Positions 35,993 through 44,672 of a stretch of 64,000 bases of DNA are shown here, one piece after another (the first letter of the stretch is position 1; each line of letters opens with the position of its first letter). The stretch comes from an uncultured Defluviitaleaceae bacterium (GTDB taxonomy: Bacteria > Bacillota > Clostridia > Lachnospirales > CAYPQA01). The notes under the pieces are model-generated. The model was not told the DNA's origin and made no database searches. It saw only the letters and a program-made list of their open reading frames with translations. Both the position numbers and the translations under genes were made by a program. The DNA is taken from NCBI GenBank assembly GCA_964611385.1, contig CAZSXS010000001.1, forward strand, positions 31,058-95,057. Direction: 5' to 3'.

Positions 35993-36187
35993 TTATTGGT
36001 TTTTCCTCGCCGTCAGATTTCTTGCTATGTAGCGCCTTAATTCTTTCTTGGATATATGCAAACAGCATCTCATCCGCCCGTCATTGACTATATCCGCGCC
36101 TTGACTTTTACAAAACTCGTACAGGCTGAGGTCTGCTTGCGCGTACACGGGATTCCGCAAGAGGAATGACAATGTTGCCCCGTCTAT
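35993..36187 (-). pseudogene. internal fragment of a large serine recombinase (integrative-element recombinase remnant)
   Basis: The minus-strand frame reads IDGATLSFLLRNPVYAQADLSLYEFCKSQGADIVNDG.... This matches the conserved LRNPVY.QAD...YEFFK.G..IVND block of large serine recombinases. It has no start codon and no catalytic domain, and begins right after the sigma-gene stop. Confidence 0.55.
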
Positions 36188-36220
36188 ATAAAGAGAGGAA
36201 AAGTACCTCTCATATATAGG

Positions 36221-36399
36221 TCACTTTATGGGTGTTTCACAAGGCTGTTTTGAAAAATATTTTTTCATTGCCTTTAATCCCCGGTCAATGCTTTGATTTA
36301 CCGCACTTTCGCTCACACACTCGGCTTCGGCAATTTCCTTTGCGCTCTTGCCAAGCAGATAATGAGCTTCGACCCTGCGCCCCTGTATTTCGGGCAGGG
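36221..36399 (-). pseudogene. C-terminal half of an element-borne sigma-70-like factor, split by IS607 insertion
   Basis: Encodes ...LPEIQGRRVEAHYLLGKSAKEIAEAECVSESAVNQSIDRGLKAMKKYF (region-4 HTH). It joins in frame with 38311-38572 once the IS is removed. Confidence 0.8.
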
Positions 36400-36449
36400 T
36401 GGACACAGTTTTCTTGACAACTATTTAAATCTATGCAATAATATCTAAT

Positions 36450-37076
36450 ATGGATAGATTGATAACCATAGGTGAAGCGTCAAAAATATTAGGCGTATCT
36501 ATATCGACATTGAGAAGATGGGATAGAGAAGGAAGGCTCACACCTGAAAAAACAACGTCAGGACATCGCCGTTATGATATTTCTAAGCTAAAACCTGAAA
36601 TGTATAAAGAGCAAATAAAAGAGGCACGCAAAACAATAGCGTATGCGAGAGTATCAAGTCACGACCAAAAAGCTGATTTAGAAAGGCAAAAGCAAGTATT
36701 AGAACTTTATTGTGCAAAACAGGGTTGGATTTTTGAAATAATAAGTGATTTAGGCTCAGGAATGAATTACCATAAAAAAGGCTTGAAACGCTTATTGAAT
36801 GACATTTTGGCTGAGAAAGTCGGGCGGCTTGTTATTTCGCATAAAGACAGACTTTTGCGTTTTGGTGCAGAATTGATTTTTGCCATATGTGAAGCAAAGC
36901 AAGTCGAGGTTGTTATACTCAACCAAGGCGAAGATACAACTTTTGAAGAAGATTTGGCAAAAGATGTGTTGGAGATTATCACTGTCTTTTCTGCTCGTCT
37001 TTATGGTTCAAGGAGTTGTAAGAACCAAAAATTACTTGAAGATGTAAAAAAAGCAGTAGAGGCGGTGAGCGAATGA
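36450..37076 (+). CDS. tnpA: IS607-family serine recombinase/transposase TnpA
   Basis: MerR-like HTH (ITIGEASKILGVSISTLRRWDREGRL) followed by a resolvase catalytic domain (IAYARVSSHDQKADLERQ). Confidence 0.9.
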   Translation: MDRLITIGEASKILGVSISTLRRWDREGRLTPEKTTSGHRRYDISKLKPEMYKEQIKEARKTIAYARVSSHDQKADLERQKQVLELYCAKQGWIFEIISDLGSGMNYHKKGLKRLLNDILAEKVGRLVISHKDRLLRFGAELIFAICEAKQVEVVILNQGEDTTFEEDLAKDVLEIITVFSARLYGSRSCKNQKLLEDVKKAVEAVSE

Positions 37077-38266
37077 TTTTAGCTCACAAAATACAACTTG
37101 ACCCGAATAATGTTCAAGCAACCTATTTTGCCAAAGCTTGTGGTGTTGCTCGTTTTGCTTATAACTGGGGACTTGCTGAATGGAAAAGACTTTATGAAGC
37201 AGGTGAAAAGGTAAACGAAGGAATATTAAGAAAAAATCTAAACGCTATAAAAGGTGAGGAATTTCCTTGGATGCTTGAAGTCACAAAATGCGCTCCACAG
37301 TTGGCAATTAAAGACGGCTTAAACAAAGCGTTCCAAAACTTTTTTCGTGGATTAAAACAGGGTAACCCAGTCGGTTTTCCTAAGTTTCATAAAAAAGGTG
37401 TACACGACAGTTTTGCGTTGTCTAACGATCAATTTAGAATAGATGGCTTAAAAATCAAAATCCCTAATCTCGGTTGGGTTAGACTGACAGAAAAATTACG
37501 TTTTATCGGGAAAATAATAGGGGCCACAATTAGTCGTAAAGCAGATAGACGGTTCGTATCCGTGCAAGTAGAAATATCTGACCCTACACCAATTCATACA
37601 ACTGTTAGCGAAAACCAAGCAATAGGTGTTGATTTAGGCGTTAAGGATTTGGCAGTTTTATCAGACGGAACAAAGATAACAGGAACAAAACCACACAAAG
37701 CTTTACTATCACGATTACGTCGCCTTAATCAATCTCTTTCAAGAAAACAAGGTGCGAAAAAAGGCGAAAAGAAGTCTAAAAACTTCAAAAAAACACAAAT
37801 GAAGCTGTCAAGATTACACGCAAGAATAGCAAACATACGAGGCGATGAAACTCACAAGCTAACTACAATGCTAACTGATAATTATAGCCTTGTAGGTATT
37901 GAGGATTTGAATGTGTCGGGTATGGCTAAAAATCACAAATTGGCTCGTGCTGTCCTTGATATGAGTTTCTTTGAATTTCGCAGACAATTAGAGTATAAAA
38001 CAAAAATGAAGGGAGGGCACGTTATCATTGCGGATAGGTTTTATCCGTCCAGCAAAGCCTGCTCTTGTTGCGGTTATAAAAACAATGAATTGACTTTATC
38101 TGTACGTGAATGGATGTGTCCTAATTGCAAAACAACGCACGACAGAGACATTAATGCTGCAACAAATTTAAAGAATTACGCCGTGAGTTACACGGTGTCA
38201 GCCTGTGGAGAGTTAGTGGAAACAATCACCTCGAAGAAGCAGGAACTCAACATCACTGCCGAATAG
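37073..38266 (+). CDS. tnpB: TnpB (OrfB_IS605-type RNA-guided endonuclease family)
   Basis: RuvC-I GVDLGVKDLAVLSDG, zinc finger CSCCGYKN...CPNCKTTHDRDINAATN with RuvC-III. ATGA overlap with tnpA. Confidence 0.9.
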   Translation: MILAHKIQLDPNNVQATYFAKACGVARFAYNWGLAEWKRLYEAGEKVNEGILRKNLNAIKGEEFPWMLEVTKCAPQLAIKDGLNKAFQNFFRGLKQGNPVGFPKFHKKGVHDSFALSNDQFRIDGLKIKIPNLGWVRLTEKLRFIGKIIGATISRKADRRFVSVQVEISDPTPIHTTVSENQAIGVDLGVKDLAVLSDGTKITGTKPHKALLSRLRRLNQSLSRKQGAKKGEKKSKNFKKTQMKLSRLHARIANIRGDETHKLTTMLTDNYSLVGIEDLNVSGMAKNHKLARAVLDMSFFEFRRQLEYKTKMKGGHVIIADRFYPSSKACSCCGYKNNELTLSVREWMCPNCKTTHDRDINAATNLKNYAVSYTVSACGELVETITSKKQELNITAE

Positions 38267-38310
38267 CTTTAGTTATCTATAGGTAGATATGAGTAGGTTT
38301 GAGATAACGG

Positions 38311-38572
38311 AGTTCAACGCTTGGCACAGTTGGCAATGCCTTTCCATCACTGCGAATATCGCTTCCGGGTTATCGCCGTGACTGGCGATTGCCGCCATTT
38401 CCATATCCGCGTCAATATCAAGCGAATACGCCTTGTTTCTTCTCATGGGGCGGTCGTGCGCCTTGTGATACCGCCTGTCAGCGAAAAGCTCCGCCGCTAT
38501 CTCGTCGGACACTTCCGCAAACTCGTCATGCGTATACCACGGGTAAAAGTCTCGTAAATTGATAGTTGCCAT
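38311..38572 (-). pseudogene. N-terminal half of the same sigma-70-like factor
   Basis: MATINLRDFYPWYTHDEFAEVSDEIAAELFADRRYHKAHDR...ERHCQLCQALNS, preceded by GGAGG. The reading frame runs into the IS sequence after ...ALNS. Confidence 0.8.
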
Positions 38573-38971
38573 TAAATAGTTCCTCCATTCGATTTTTGGT
38601 GTGGATTGAGTGAATCGAATGGAGGGCGGCGGCGAACGGCAACGTGGTCTGCCGCCGCGACTTCGGGTCAATTTGACCCGAAGTGCGGGAGGCTTGTCCG
38701 AAAAAGAGGTACAAAAAAAGCCCGACTGGATAAAATCCAACCGGGCAAACCTCACATCACAGCTAATATGCCGTCATTGACTGTTTTAATCATTGTTATA
38801 GATACAATCTATGATTTGCATTATCTGTTTTTTGATAACAGTTTTACCGTATCATTATGCTGTCGATAATCTCGATAATGACGAAACAGCGGAATTATAT
38901 GTCATTCGCGTCACATTGCTTATACTGCTCCTATTATCAACGCAACATTTTATAAGTTATCTTTTTGTTTT

Positions 38972-39424
38972 TCATTTTTTTTGAAAAGTTACTATTAGGC
39001 TGAACAGTAGCGGTTGCAACGTTATTTCAAGAAGGCTTAATAAAGTATTAACAGGCACATCAGCAGAATTAGATAGGTCAAGATAAATCATTCCTTCGAT
39101 AGAACCCGAATTGGGTCCGTAAGTGTTTAAGATACCAAGTATTAAAAGAATACCCCATAACTTTAACCAACCCCGCTTTTTACCAATAATGCTATCTTTA
39201 ATCCACCAAATAACAAATCCGAATAAAAGACCTCTAATTATTTGCCCGAATATAATCGTTGCCGGAGTGATTTCTTCCATAGGTCTAAAACCTATGAGTT
39301 CTACAAAATCTCCGTAATCAAATAGATTGTAAGCGATTAGTCCGCAGACAAAGTAAGTAATAACGTGTGATATCGTTACTTTGGTAAAAAACCTTAATTT
39401 TTCATTTGATAATAGTTTACGCAT
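38972..39424 (-). CDS. hypothetical membrane protein (4 TM)
   Basis: The ATG at 39424 lies 10 nt after GGAG and overlaps the MerR stop by 8 nt, so the two are co-transcribed. Hydrophobic helices run throughout. Confidence 0.6.
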   Translation of the reverse strand: MRKLLSNEKLRFFTKVTISHVITYFVCGLIAYNLFDYGDFVELIGFRPMEEITPATIIFGQIIRGLLFGFVIWWIKDSIIGKKRGWLKLWGILLILGILNTYGPNSGSIEGMIYLDLSNSADVPVNTLLSLLEITLQPLLFSLIVTFQKK

Positions 39425-40454
39425 CGTTTCCATTCTCCTTTTGTAAGTTTGCAAAATAAATTTGCAATGATGAACCCATAAAAAGTTGTGACTTTTTAGA
39501 GATTTCGTCGTTGTCTGCCGCGCTGCTTCCAAACTGCTCATTCATCTCTTGTAGCTTTGCCATATCACCGCCAGTAAGCTCCATAAGCCATTTCCAATAT
39601 CTCTTTGCAAAATCTTGTCCTTTCTCACTTTCGGGCGGTACACCATCATCGTGCAGTTTAGCCGCCTCAGCAATGAAACCATTGTTAAAATACATTCCAA
39701 GTGATGATTTCATAAATAGGATTGCTTTTTCCATTCTTTCATCATGTTTTTTATCCGACGTGCTTTTTGTCGCTTTTTCGGATATTCTTTTCACCAAATT
39801 CATGTCGCCGCCTGTCACTTCCATAATCCACTTCCAATATCTTTCTGCAAAATTTCTCCCTTGCTCACTTTCGGGAGATACCCTGTCAAAATGAAGTCTT
39901 GCCGCTTCGTTAATAAAACTATTTGTAGCTTCAATCATCTTTTCTGCGTTTTCTTCGTTCCATGCTTCGTTATGTGTTATTAGCGTATCAAGTACATCGT
40001 TATCAAGATATTTTACAAGCCAATAGCGCTCATTTTTCATTTGTAAATGTGCGAGAATATCTGCAAATTTTTTGAAGTCAACAGAATCCACTTGTATAAT
40101 TTCTTCCTTTAACGATTCAAGGGCGTTAAGCGATTCCGTCAAGTGGTCAATCTCCTTACGGATATTAGTTGCGTGTTCCGTAAGAACATTTATAACTTCA
40201 AAAGTAGTGTCCATAGCGACAATTCTCTTTTTTATCTCGTTAAGCGTAAACCCCAGTCGCTTCATCATCAAAATTTGTAACAACTTCACCAAATCCTTGT
40301 CGGTATAAAGCCGATACCCGCCTTCGCTTTCCGCTGATGGTGTGAGTAAGCCTTCTTTATCGTAATATGACAGAGCACGAACGGTGATACCCCCTTTTTT
40401 AGCCATTTCACCGATTCGCATATAGCCCCCCGGTATTGCACGGTATTTTTCCAT
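39417..40454 (-). CDS. MerR-family regulator with duplicated TipAS-like effector domain
   Basis: MerR HTH (MRIGEMAKKGGITVRALSYYDKEGLL) and a coiled coil. Two copies of an AERYWKWIMEVTGGDM / AKRYWKWLMELTGGDM module. ATG at 40454 after AAGGAGG. Confidence 0.8.
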   Translation of the reverse strand: MEKYRAIPGGYMRIGEMAKKGGITVRALSYYDKEGLLTPSAESEGGYRLYTDKDLVKLLQILMMKRLGFTLNEIKKRIVAMDTTFEVINVLTEHATNIRKEIDHLTESLNALESLKEEIIQVDSVDFKKFADILAHLQMKNERYWLVKYLDNDVLDTLITHNEAWNEENAEKMIEATNSFINEAARLHFDRVSPESEQGRNFAERYWKWIMEVTGGDMNLVKRISEKATKSTSDKKHDERMEKAILFMKSSLGMYFNNGFIAEAAKLHDDGVPPESEKGQDFAKRYWKWLMELTGGDMAKLQEMNEQFGSSAADNDEISKKSQLFMGSSLQIYFANLQKENGNDA

Positions 40455-40478
40455 TTGTTCTGCACCTCCTTGATTATT

Positions 40479-40510
40479 ATTATAAACCAAGACGTATACG
40501 TCATGGTCAA
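40479..40510 (-). promoter_or_regulatory. MerR-type promoter with long spacer and operator palindrome
   Basis: The minus strand reads TTGACC - 19 nt (ATGACGTATACGTCTTGGT, containing the palindrome GACGTATACGTC) - TTATAA(T), about 25 nt upstream of the merR-family start. Confidence 0.6.
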
Positions 40511-40878
40511 GACTTTTATAAAAAAAATTGTAAATTTTTTATGAACGGCATATAACAAGCACAGTAAATCACGCATATAATAGCAACATGCTTTATATAA
40601 TGTGCTTCTACCACATATCACGACATTCCAAGTACACTATGATATATACAATGTATATGGAGGTGATCCTTCTTATCCTCCCCGGTTTGATTGTTCTTCC
40701 TGTTCCTCTGGAAAAATGCAGCCTGTTTATTATGTGAATCATGATGGTATTGTTTATAAACTGTAGCGTTAAAACTAATGACATTTAGCCTCAATTGTTT
40801 TCCTAGGGGTACTATACACTTTTATGTTTACTTATTATTTTATAATATTATCAACTATCATGAAGTTTCCTAGTATAC

Positions 40879-40918
40879 AAAAAAGCAGACACCTCAATCT
40901 CAGGTGTCTGCTTTTTTG
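40879..40918. terminator. bidirectional terminator downstream of yaiI / right edge of AT-rich island
   Basis: AAAAAAGCAGACACCT-CAATCTC-AGGTGTCTGCTTTTTT. Confidence 0.85.
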
Positions 40919-40952
40919 TTTGACGTATTTATCGGTTTTATTACACGGGCAT

Positions 40953-41381
40953 TCACATCAACAGTTCCCTCAACTTTTTCTCGAAGGATTTATCCTGCTC
41001 TACTGTTCGCTTGGCGTTTCCTTTCAAACGACCACCATTCATTCGAATTTTCTTGGCCATATGTCGCTGCATAAGCAAACTGTCGATATTGCTTTCATCA
41101 TAAAGCATACCATTTTGGTTGACCACTACCCCTTGGCGAGCAATGCACATAGCGGCAAGCCCGTAATCCTGAGTTATAATCACATCGCCTTTTTGAACCA
41201 TGTTCACAAGTACAAAGTCTACACCATCTGCACCCCTAGAAACGGTTATTGTTTCCGCTCCATCCTTTTCAAAAATATGCGAGGTGTCACAAAGAATGAT
41301 GCACTCTATGCCGTTTTGTTTTGCCAGTCGAACGGCTATATCCACCACGGGACAGCCATCTGCATCAATAAGTATTCTCAT
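40953..41381 (-). CDS. yaiI: YaiI/YqxD family protein (UPF0178)
   Basis: 142 aa beginning MRILIDADGCPVVD, which is characteristic of the family. Confidence 0.75.
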   Translation of the reverse strand: MRILIDADGCPVVDIAVRLAKQNGIECIILCDTSHIFEKDGAETITVSRGADGVDFVLVNMVQKGDVIITQDYGLAAMCIARQGVVVNQNGMLYDESNIDSLLMQRHMAKKIRMNGGRLKGNAKRTVEQDKSFEKKLRELLM

Positions 41382-41382
41382 G

Positions 41383-41772
41383 TCAAAGTGCCTTCACATA
41401 AAATTTGCGGTTTCTGGGTCCGTCAAATTCGCAGAAATAGATCCCTTGCCATGTGCCGAGTAAGAGCCGCCCATTTTGTACGATGAGTGTCTGGCTTGCA
41501 CCAACGCAGCTTGATTTAAGATGAGCCGCGGAATTGCCTTCAGCGTGGTGGAATTCTGAACGGTTCGGAAATGCCTTATCTAGACCGATCAGTAAGTCAT
41601 GAATTACATCAGGGTCTGCATTTTCGTTGATCGTAATTCCAGCTGTGGTGTGAGGGCAGTAAACAATGCAGAGGCCATCTTTTATGCCACTTCGGGTGAC
41701 AAGTTCCTGAACCTTATTGCTTATGTTATAAAAGCCTTCCTTTTCTGTTTTCAATGTGTATTCTTGTACCAT
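41383..41772 (-). CDS. yjbQ: YjbQ-family protein (secondary thiamine-phosphate synthase-like)
   Basis: 129 aa with the family blocks CPHTTAGITINENADPDV and GNSAAHLK. Confidence 0.75.
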   Translation of the reverse strand: MVQEYTLKTEKEGFYNISNKVQELVTRSGIKDGLCIVYCPHTTAGITINENADPDVIHDLLIGLDKAFPNRSEFHHAEGNSAAHLKSSCVGASQTLIVQNGRLLLGTWQGIYFCEFDGPRNRKFYVKAL

Positions 41773-41984
41773 TGATCTCTCTCCCTTTTAAATCCTCTCG
41801 AATAAGCCTATAAGTCTCGCGCTTTACTGAGTATATCCAAAATTTTCCGCTGTTTATCTTATCCCAAACGATTCACTCTTTCAAGTAATGAAAGCAAATT
41901 TTTCTGAGTCCTTCTAAAATCGTGTGAGGAAGGTCTAATCCCTCGTGAATTTTGAAGTCGCAGTTTTCTAAGGGTTTGTTAAAC

Positions 41985-42028
41985 GAAAAAAGCCCATGAA
42001 CCAGTCGTGTTCATGAGCATGCATTTTT
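41985..42028 (-). terminator. terminator of the fumarate hydratase transcript (after R2 copy 2)
   Basis: The minus strand reads GCTCATGAAC-ACGACTG-GTTCATGGGC TTTTTT. Confidence 0.7.
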
Positions 42029-42065
42029 TCGGCACTTACAAAATTTAAAATGATAAAACTCCAAC

Positions 42066-42175
42066 CCCACGTCCGGCTTTTTTGAAAGGTGGAGGAAGGG
42101 GGTGTGGGGGGGAGGAGGAGGAAAACTTTTTTCGCCGTTTGAAAAAAGTTTTCCTCCTCCTCCCCCCACGGTCTT
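42066..42175 (+). repeat. R2 repeat copy 2 (stem 42107-42132 / 42142-42167)
   Basis: Same architecture as copy 1, with stem GGGGGGAGGAGGAGGAAAACTTTTTT and a perfect complement. Lies just downstream of the minus-strand fumarate hydratase stop. Confidence 0.9.
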
Positions 42176-42180
42176 TCTCT

Positions 42181-43023
42181 CTACAAAATCACCGACTTGT
42201 GCCGAACCACATGACAGCAGACGTTCATCGCCACGGGGAAACCGGCAATGTGCGTTGGGAAGGACTCTGCGTGAACTGCCAGCGCTGTGATGCGCCCGCC
42301 TAGCCCCATGGGTCCTATGCCGGTTTGGTTGATTTTTCCTAGTAGCTCCTCTTCTAACTGTTGTAGAGAGGATTCGGGGGAGGCTTGTCCTATGGGGCGT
42401 AGTAGTGCTTTCTTGGCCATGATGGCGCACTTCTCAAAGTCGCCCCCAAGCCCTATCCCTACTAAAATGGGTGGACAGGGATTCCCGCCTGCTTCCACAA
42501 TGGCGCTTAGTATGAGTTCTTTGGCAGCCTCTATCCCCTGCGAGGGGGAAAGCATGAAGATGCGGCTCATGTTTTCGCTGCCAAAGCCTTTGGGGGCTAC
42601 CGTGAGCTTTAGATTGTCGCCCTTGACCAATTCATAGTGGATGATGGCTGGCGTGTTGTCGCCGGTGTTTTTGCGCTCATGAATGCCTTCTACTACAGAC
42701 TTGCGTAAAAAACCATCCCTATAGCCTTCACGTACGCCCTGGTTGATCAGATCCCCTATGAAGCCGCCTTCTATCCTTAAATCGGAACCGACTTCCGCAA
42801 ATACAACAGCCATGCCTGTGTCCTGGCAGATGGGGCATTGCTGTTGACGTGCCAGCTCTGCGTTTTGAATCAGGCTTTGTAGAATGTTCTTCCCGATTTC
42901 TGATTCCTCCGCAGCCAGCGCCTTGGATAAGGCCTCCTCGCCGTCTGGATTCAAAGCGCAGTTGGCCTCTATGCATAGCCTTTTGACGGCCTGAACGATG
43001 AGATCTGCTTTAATTGTTTTCAT
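42181..43023 (-). CDS. class I (Fe-S) fumarate hydratase / tartrate dehydratase, alpha subunit
   Basis: 280 aa with the family blocks CQDTGMAVVF and GIGLGGDFE, and C-terminal CCHVVRH. No beta-subunit gene follows. Confidence 0.75.
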   Translation of the reverse strand: MKTIKADLIVQAVKRLCIEANCALNPDGEEALSKALAAEESEIGKNILQSLIQNAELARQQQCPICQDTGMAVVFAEVGSDLRIEGGFIGDLINQGVREGYRDGFLRKSVVEGIHERKNTGDNTPAIIHYELVKGDNLKLTVAPKGFGSENMSRIFMLSPSQGIEAAKELILSAIVEAGGNPCPPILVGIGLGGDFEKCAIMAKKALLRPIGQASPESSLQQLEEELLGKINQTGIGPMGLGGRITALAVHAESFPTHIAGFPVAMNVCCHVVRHKSVIL

Positions 43024-43072
43024 GTAAGCACCTGCTTTTCTTGATGAAAATATAATTTTTGATGATCTTGTT

Positions 43073-43285
43073 TTAAAATTGCCCCTTGATGTTACCTATG
43101 ATGGCAAAAACAATAATGGCAATGCCAATGATACCGTAAAAAACTCTTGCTCCGTTTCTTCCAAAGATACTTACTATTATTTTTGTCTTTCTGTTTTCCA
43201 TAAACCAGTCAACATTTAATGCTGCACAGGCAATAGAAAATATACCCATTAAGATAACAACCACCATTAATCCTAAACCTTGCAT
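43073..43285 (-). CDS. small membrane protein (2 TM)
   Basis: 70-aa ORF with two hydrophobic helices. GGGGGA RBS. Lies between the G1PDH-like gene and the fumarate hydratase gene. Confidence 0.5.
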   Translation of the reverse strand: MQGLGLMVVVILMGIFSIACAALNVDWFMENRKTKIIVSIFGRNGARVFYGIIGIAIIVFAIIGNIKGQF

Positions 43286-43302
43286 GAGAGCTATTCCCCC
43301 TT

Positions 43303-44661
43303 CTAACTATAGACCTCAGCGCATTCCTTTGCGTAGGCCTCAATTACGCCAAAATCCCAAAGCATCTGCAAAATGGCATAGCGGAAGCGCATTTCCTTGG
43401 AATAAAGAATCGCATTGTAAATGTCTTCTTTGCTCAAGCCCAACTGTAGAGGCTTTGTTTCCCCATTCAGCTTTCGGAGGGCTTCTATGACCTTGGAGGA
43501 CTCGGGAAGGTTTTTTGCCAGCTCTTTGATTTGCTCCCAACACTCTATGGTTTTTTGTAGCCTTTCCAGGGCCGCTGTTGGCTCGTTCTTCTTGTATTCG
43601 TTTTCAAGGCGGATTACGTCCTCGGCACCGCTTTTGTAGAGTTCTTTCATCTTCTCTTCCCAGGCAGCCTTATCCCAGGCCTCAATATAGGCCTTTCCTT
43701 TTTCAAAGTCCGGAGTGTAGGTCATAAGTTTTTTGTAGATGTCACAGACAATAGCCGTAGCAATGCCAACCTTTGTGCCATGAAGAACGGCTTTTTTGTT
43801 GTTCAAAAGAAGCATAAGCTCCCAGAAGTGCGCAATGTGATGCTCGCTGGAGGAGGCTGGGCGGGAGTTGCCTACATAGCTCATGGCGATCCCGGCAAGC
43901 ACGAGGGCTTCCATAGCTTTGGCCACAGCTCCCGGCTCCCTTTTATAAAGGCCATCCAAATTGACAAGGCAAATCTCTACAGAACGGATGATCAGCTTGG
44001 CTACATCTTCGCAATAATATTCTTTGTTTAGGAGCTTGCTGATTTTCCAATCGCAAATACTGGTATACTTTCCGATTAAATCCCCCAGACCGGCTGCCAT
44101 CATCTCCATGGGAGCCTCCTTGAGAATGTCAATATCTCCGATAATAGCAAGGGGACCCACCGCTTCGTATGCATATTTAAAGCCGTTAAAGACCAGAGGG
44201 GCAACCGTGGAAGAGTAACCGTCCATGGAAGGGGCAGTCGCCACTACAAAATAGGGAATCTTCGTCAGAAAGCTTACATACTTGGTTATGTCGTTCAGGG
44301 TACCGGAGCCGACGGCGATTAAAAGTCCCGTATCATCGCCGACCTTGGCCTTGATGGTTTCAATGTTCTCTTCAGACGCTATGAGTTCCGGGTCGTCAAA
44401 ATAACACTCCCGCACACGGAAACCTTCCTTTTTTAATAGGGCTGCAACACGCTCTCCGGCTACCCGCTTAGTATTGAGGTCAAATACAAGTAAGATGCTT
44501 TGCTTCGGGTGATTTAATTCAGTATGTACAAGGTTTGGGAGCTGAAAGACGGCTCCGCTTTCAATGATAATGTTTTTGATATCGGTTTTGTGCCTTTGTC
44601 CGCAAGCACAGATAAAGTCTAAGTTTGCCAATTCCTGTAAGGTGTAGTTACAAAGATTCAT
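43303..44661 (-). CDS. iron-containing alcohol dehydrogenase family, sn-glycerol-1-phosphate dehydrogenase (AraM/EgsA)-like
   Basis: GSGTLND nucleotide-binding loop and a metal site region (SEHHIAHFWE...HG.KVG). The ATG at 44661 lies 6 nt after GGGAGG. Confidence 0.55.
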   Translation of the reverse strand: MNLCNYTLQELANLDFICACGQRHKTDIKNIIIESGAVFQLPNLVHTELNHPKQSILLVFDLNTKRVAGERVAALLKKEGFRVRECYFDDPELIASEENIETIKAKVGDDTGLLIAVGSGTLNDITKYVSFLTKIPYFVVATAPSMDGYSSTVAPLVFNGFKYAYEAVGPLAIIGDIDILKEAPMEMMAAGLGDLIGKYTSICDWKISKLLNKEYYCEDVAKLIIRSVEICLVNLDGLYKREPGAVAKAMEALVLAGIAMSYVGNSRPASSSEHHIAHFWELMLLLNNKKAVLHGTKVGIATAIVCDIYKKLMTYTPDFEKGKAYIEAWDKAAWEEKMKELYKSGAEDVIRLENEYKKNEPTAALERLQKTIECWEQIKELAKNLPESSKVIEALRKLNGETKPLQLGLSKEDIYNAILYSKEMRFRYAILQMLWDFGVIEAYAKECAEVYS

Positions 44662-44672
44662 TGTTACCTCCC

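Larger units (their letters stand above)
36398..38310 (+). mobile_element. IS607-family insertion sequence (tnpA serine recombinase + tnpB), about 1.91 kb
   Basis: Boundaries were deduced by re-joining the split sigma gene. Left flank ...cgggcag GG tggacac..., right ...gagataac GG agttcaac.... Removing the IS plus one GG restores ...A L N S L P E I Q... in frame. No terminal inverted repeats were seen. Confidence 0.85.
35950..40880. mobile_element. decayed integrative/conjugative-element remnant (AT-rich island)
   Basis: Recombinase fragment, element-type sigma factor with its hairpin-rich leader, MerR plus membrane cargo pair, IS607, and visibly lower GC than the flanks. The boundaries are approximate. 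Confidence 0.45.

Noticed and set aside
40620-40880. 26-codon hydrophobic ORF (MEVILLILPGLIVLPVPLEKCSLFIM, starting around 40658) at the right edge of the AT-rich island.
   Set aside because: It is very short, and its GGAGGTG overlaps the ATG rather than preceding it. There is no conservation evidence, so it was not listed as a gene.
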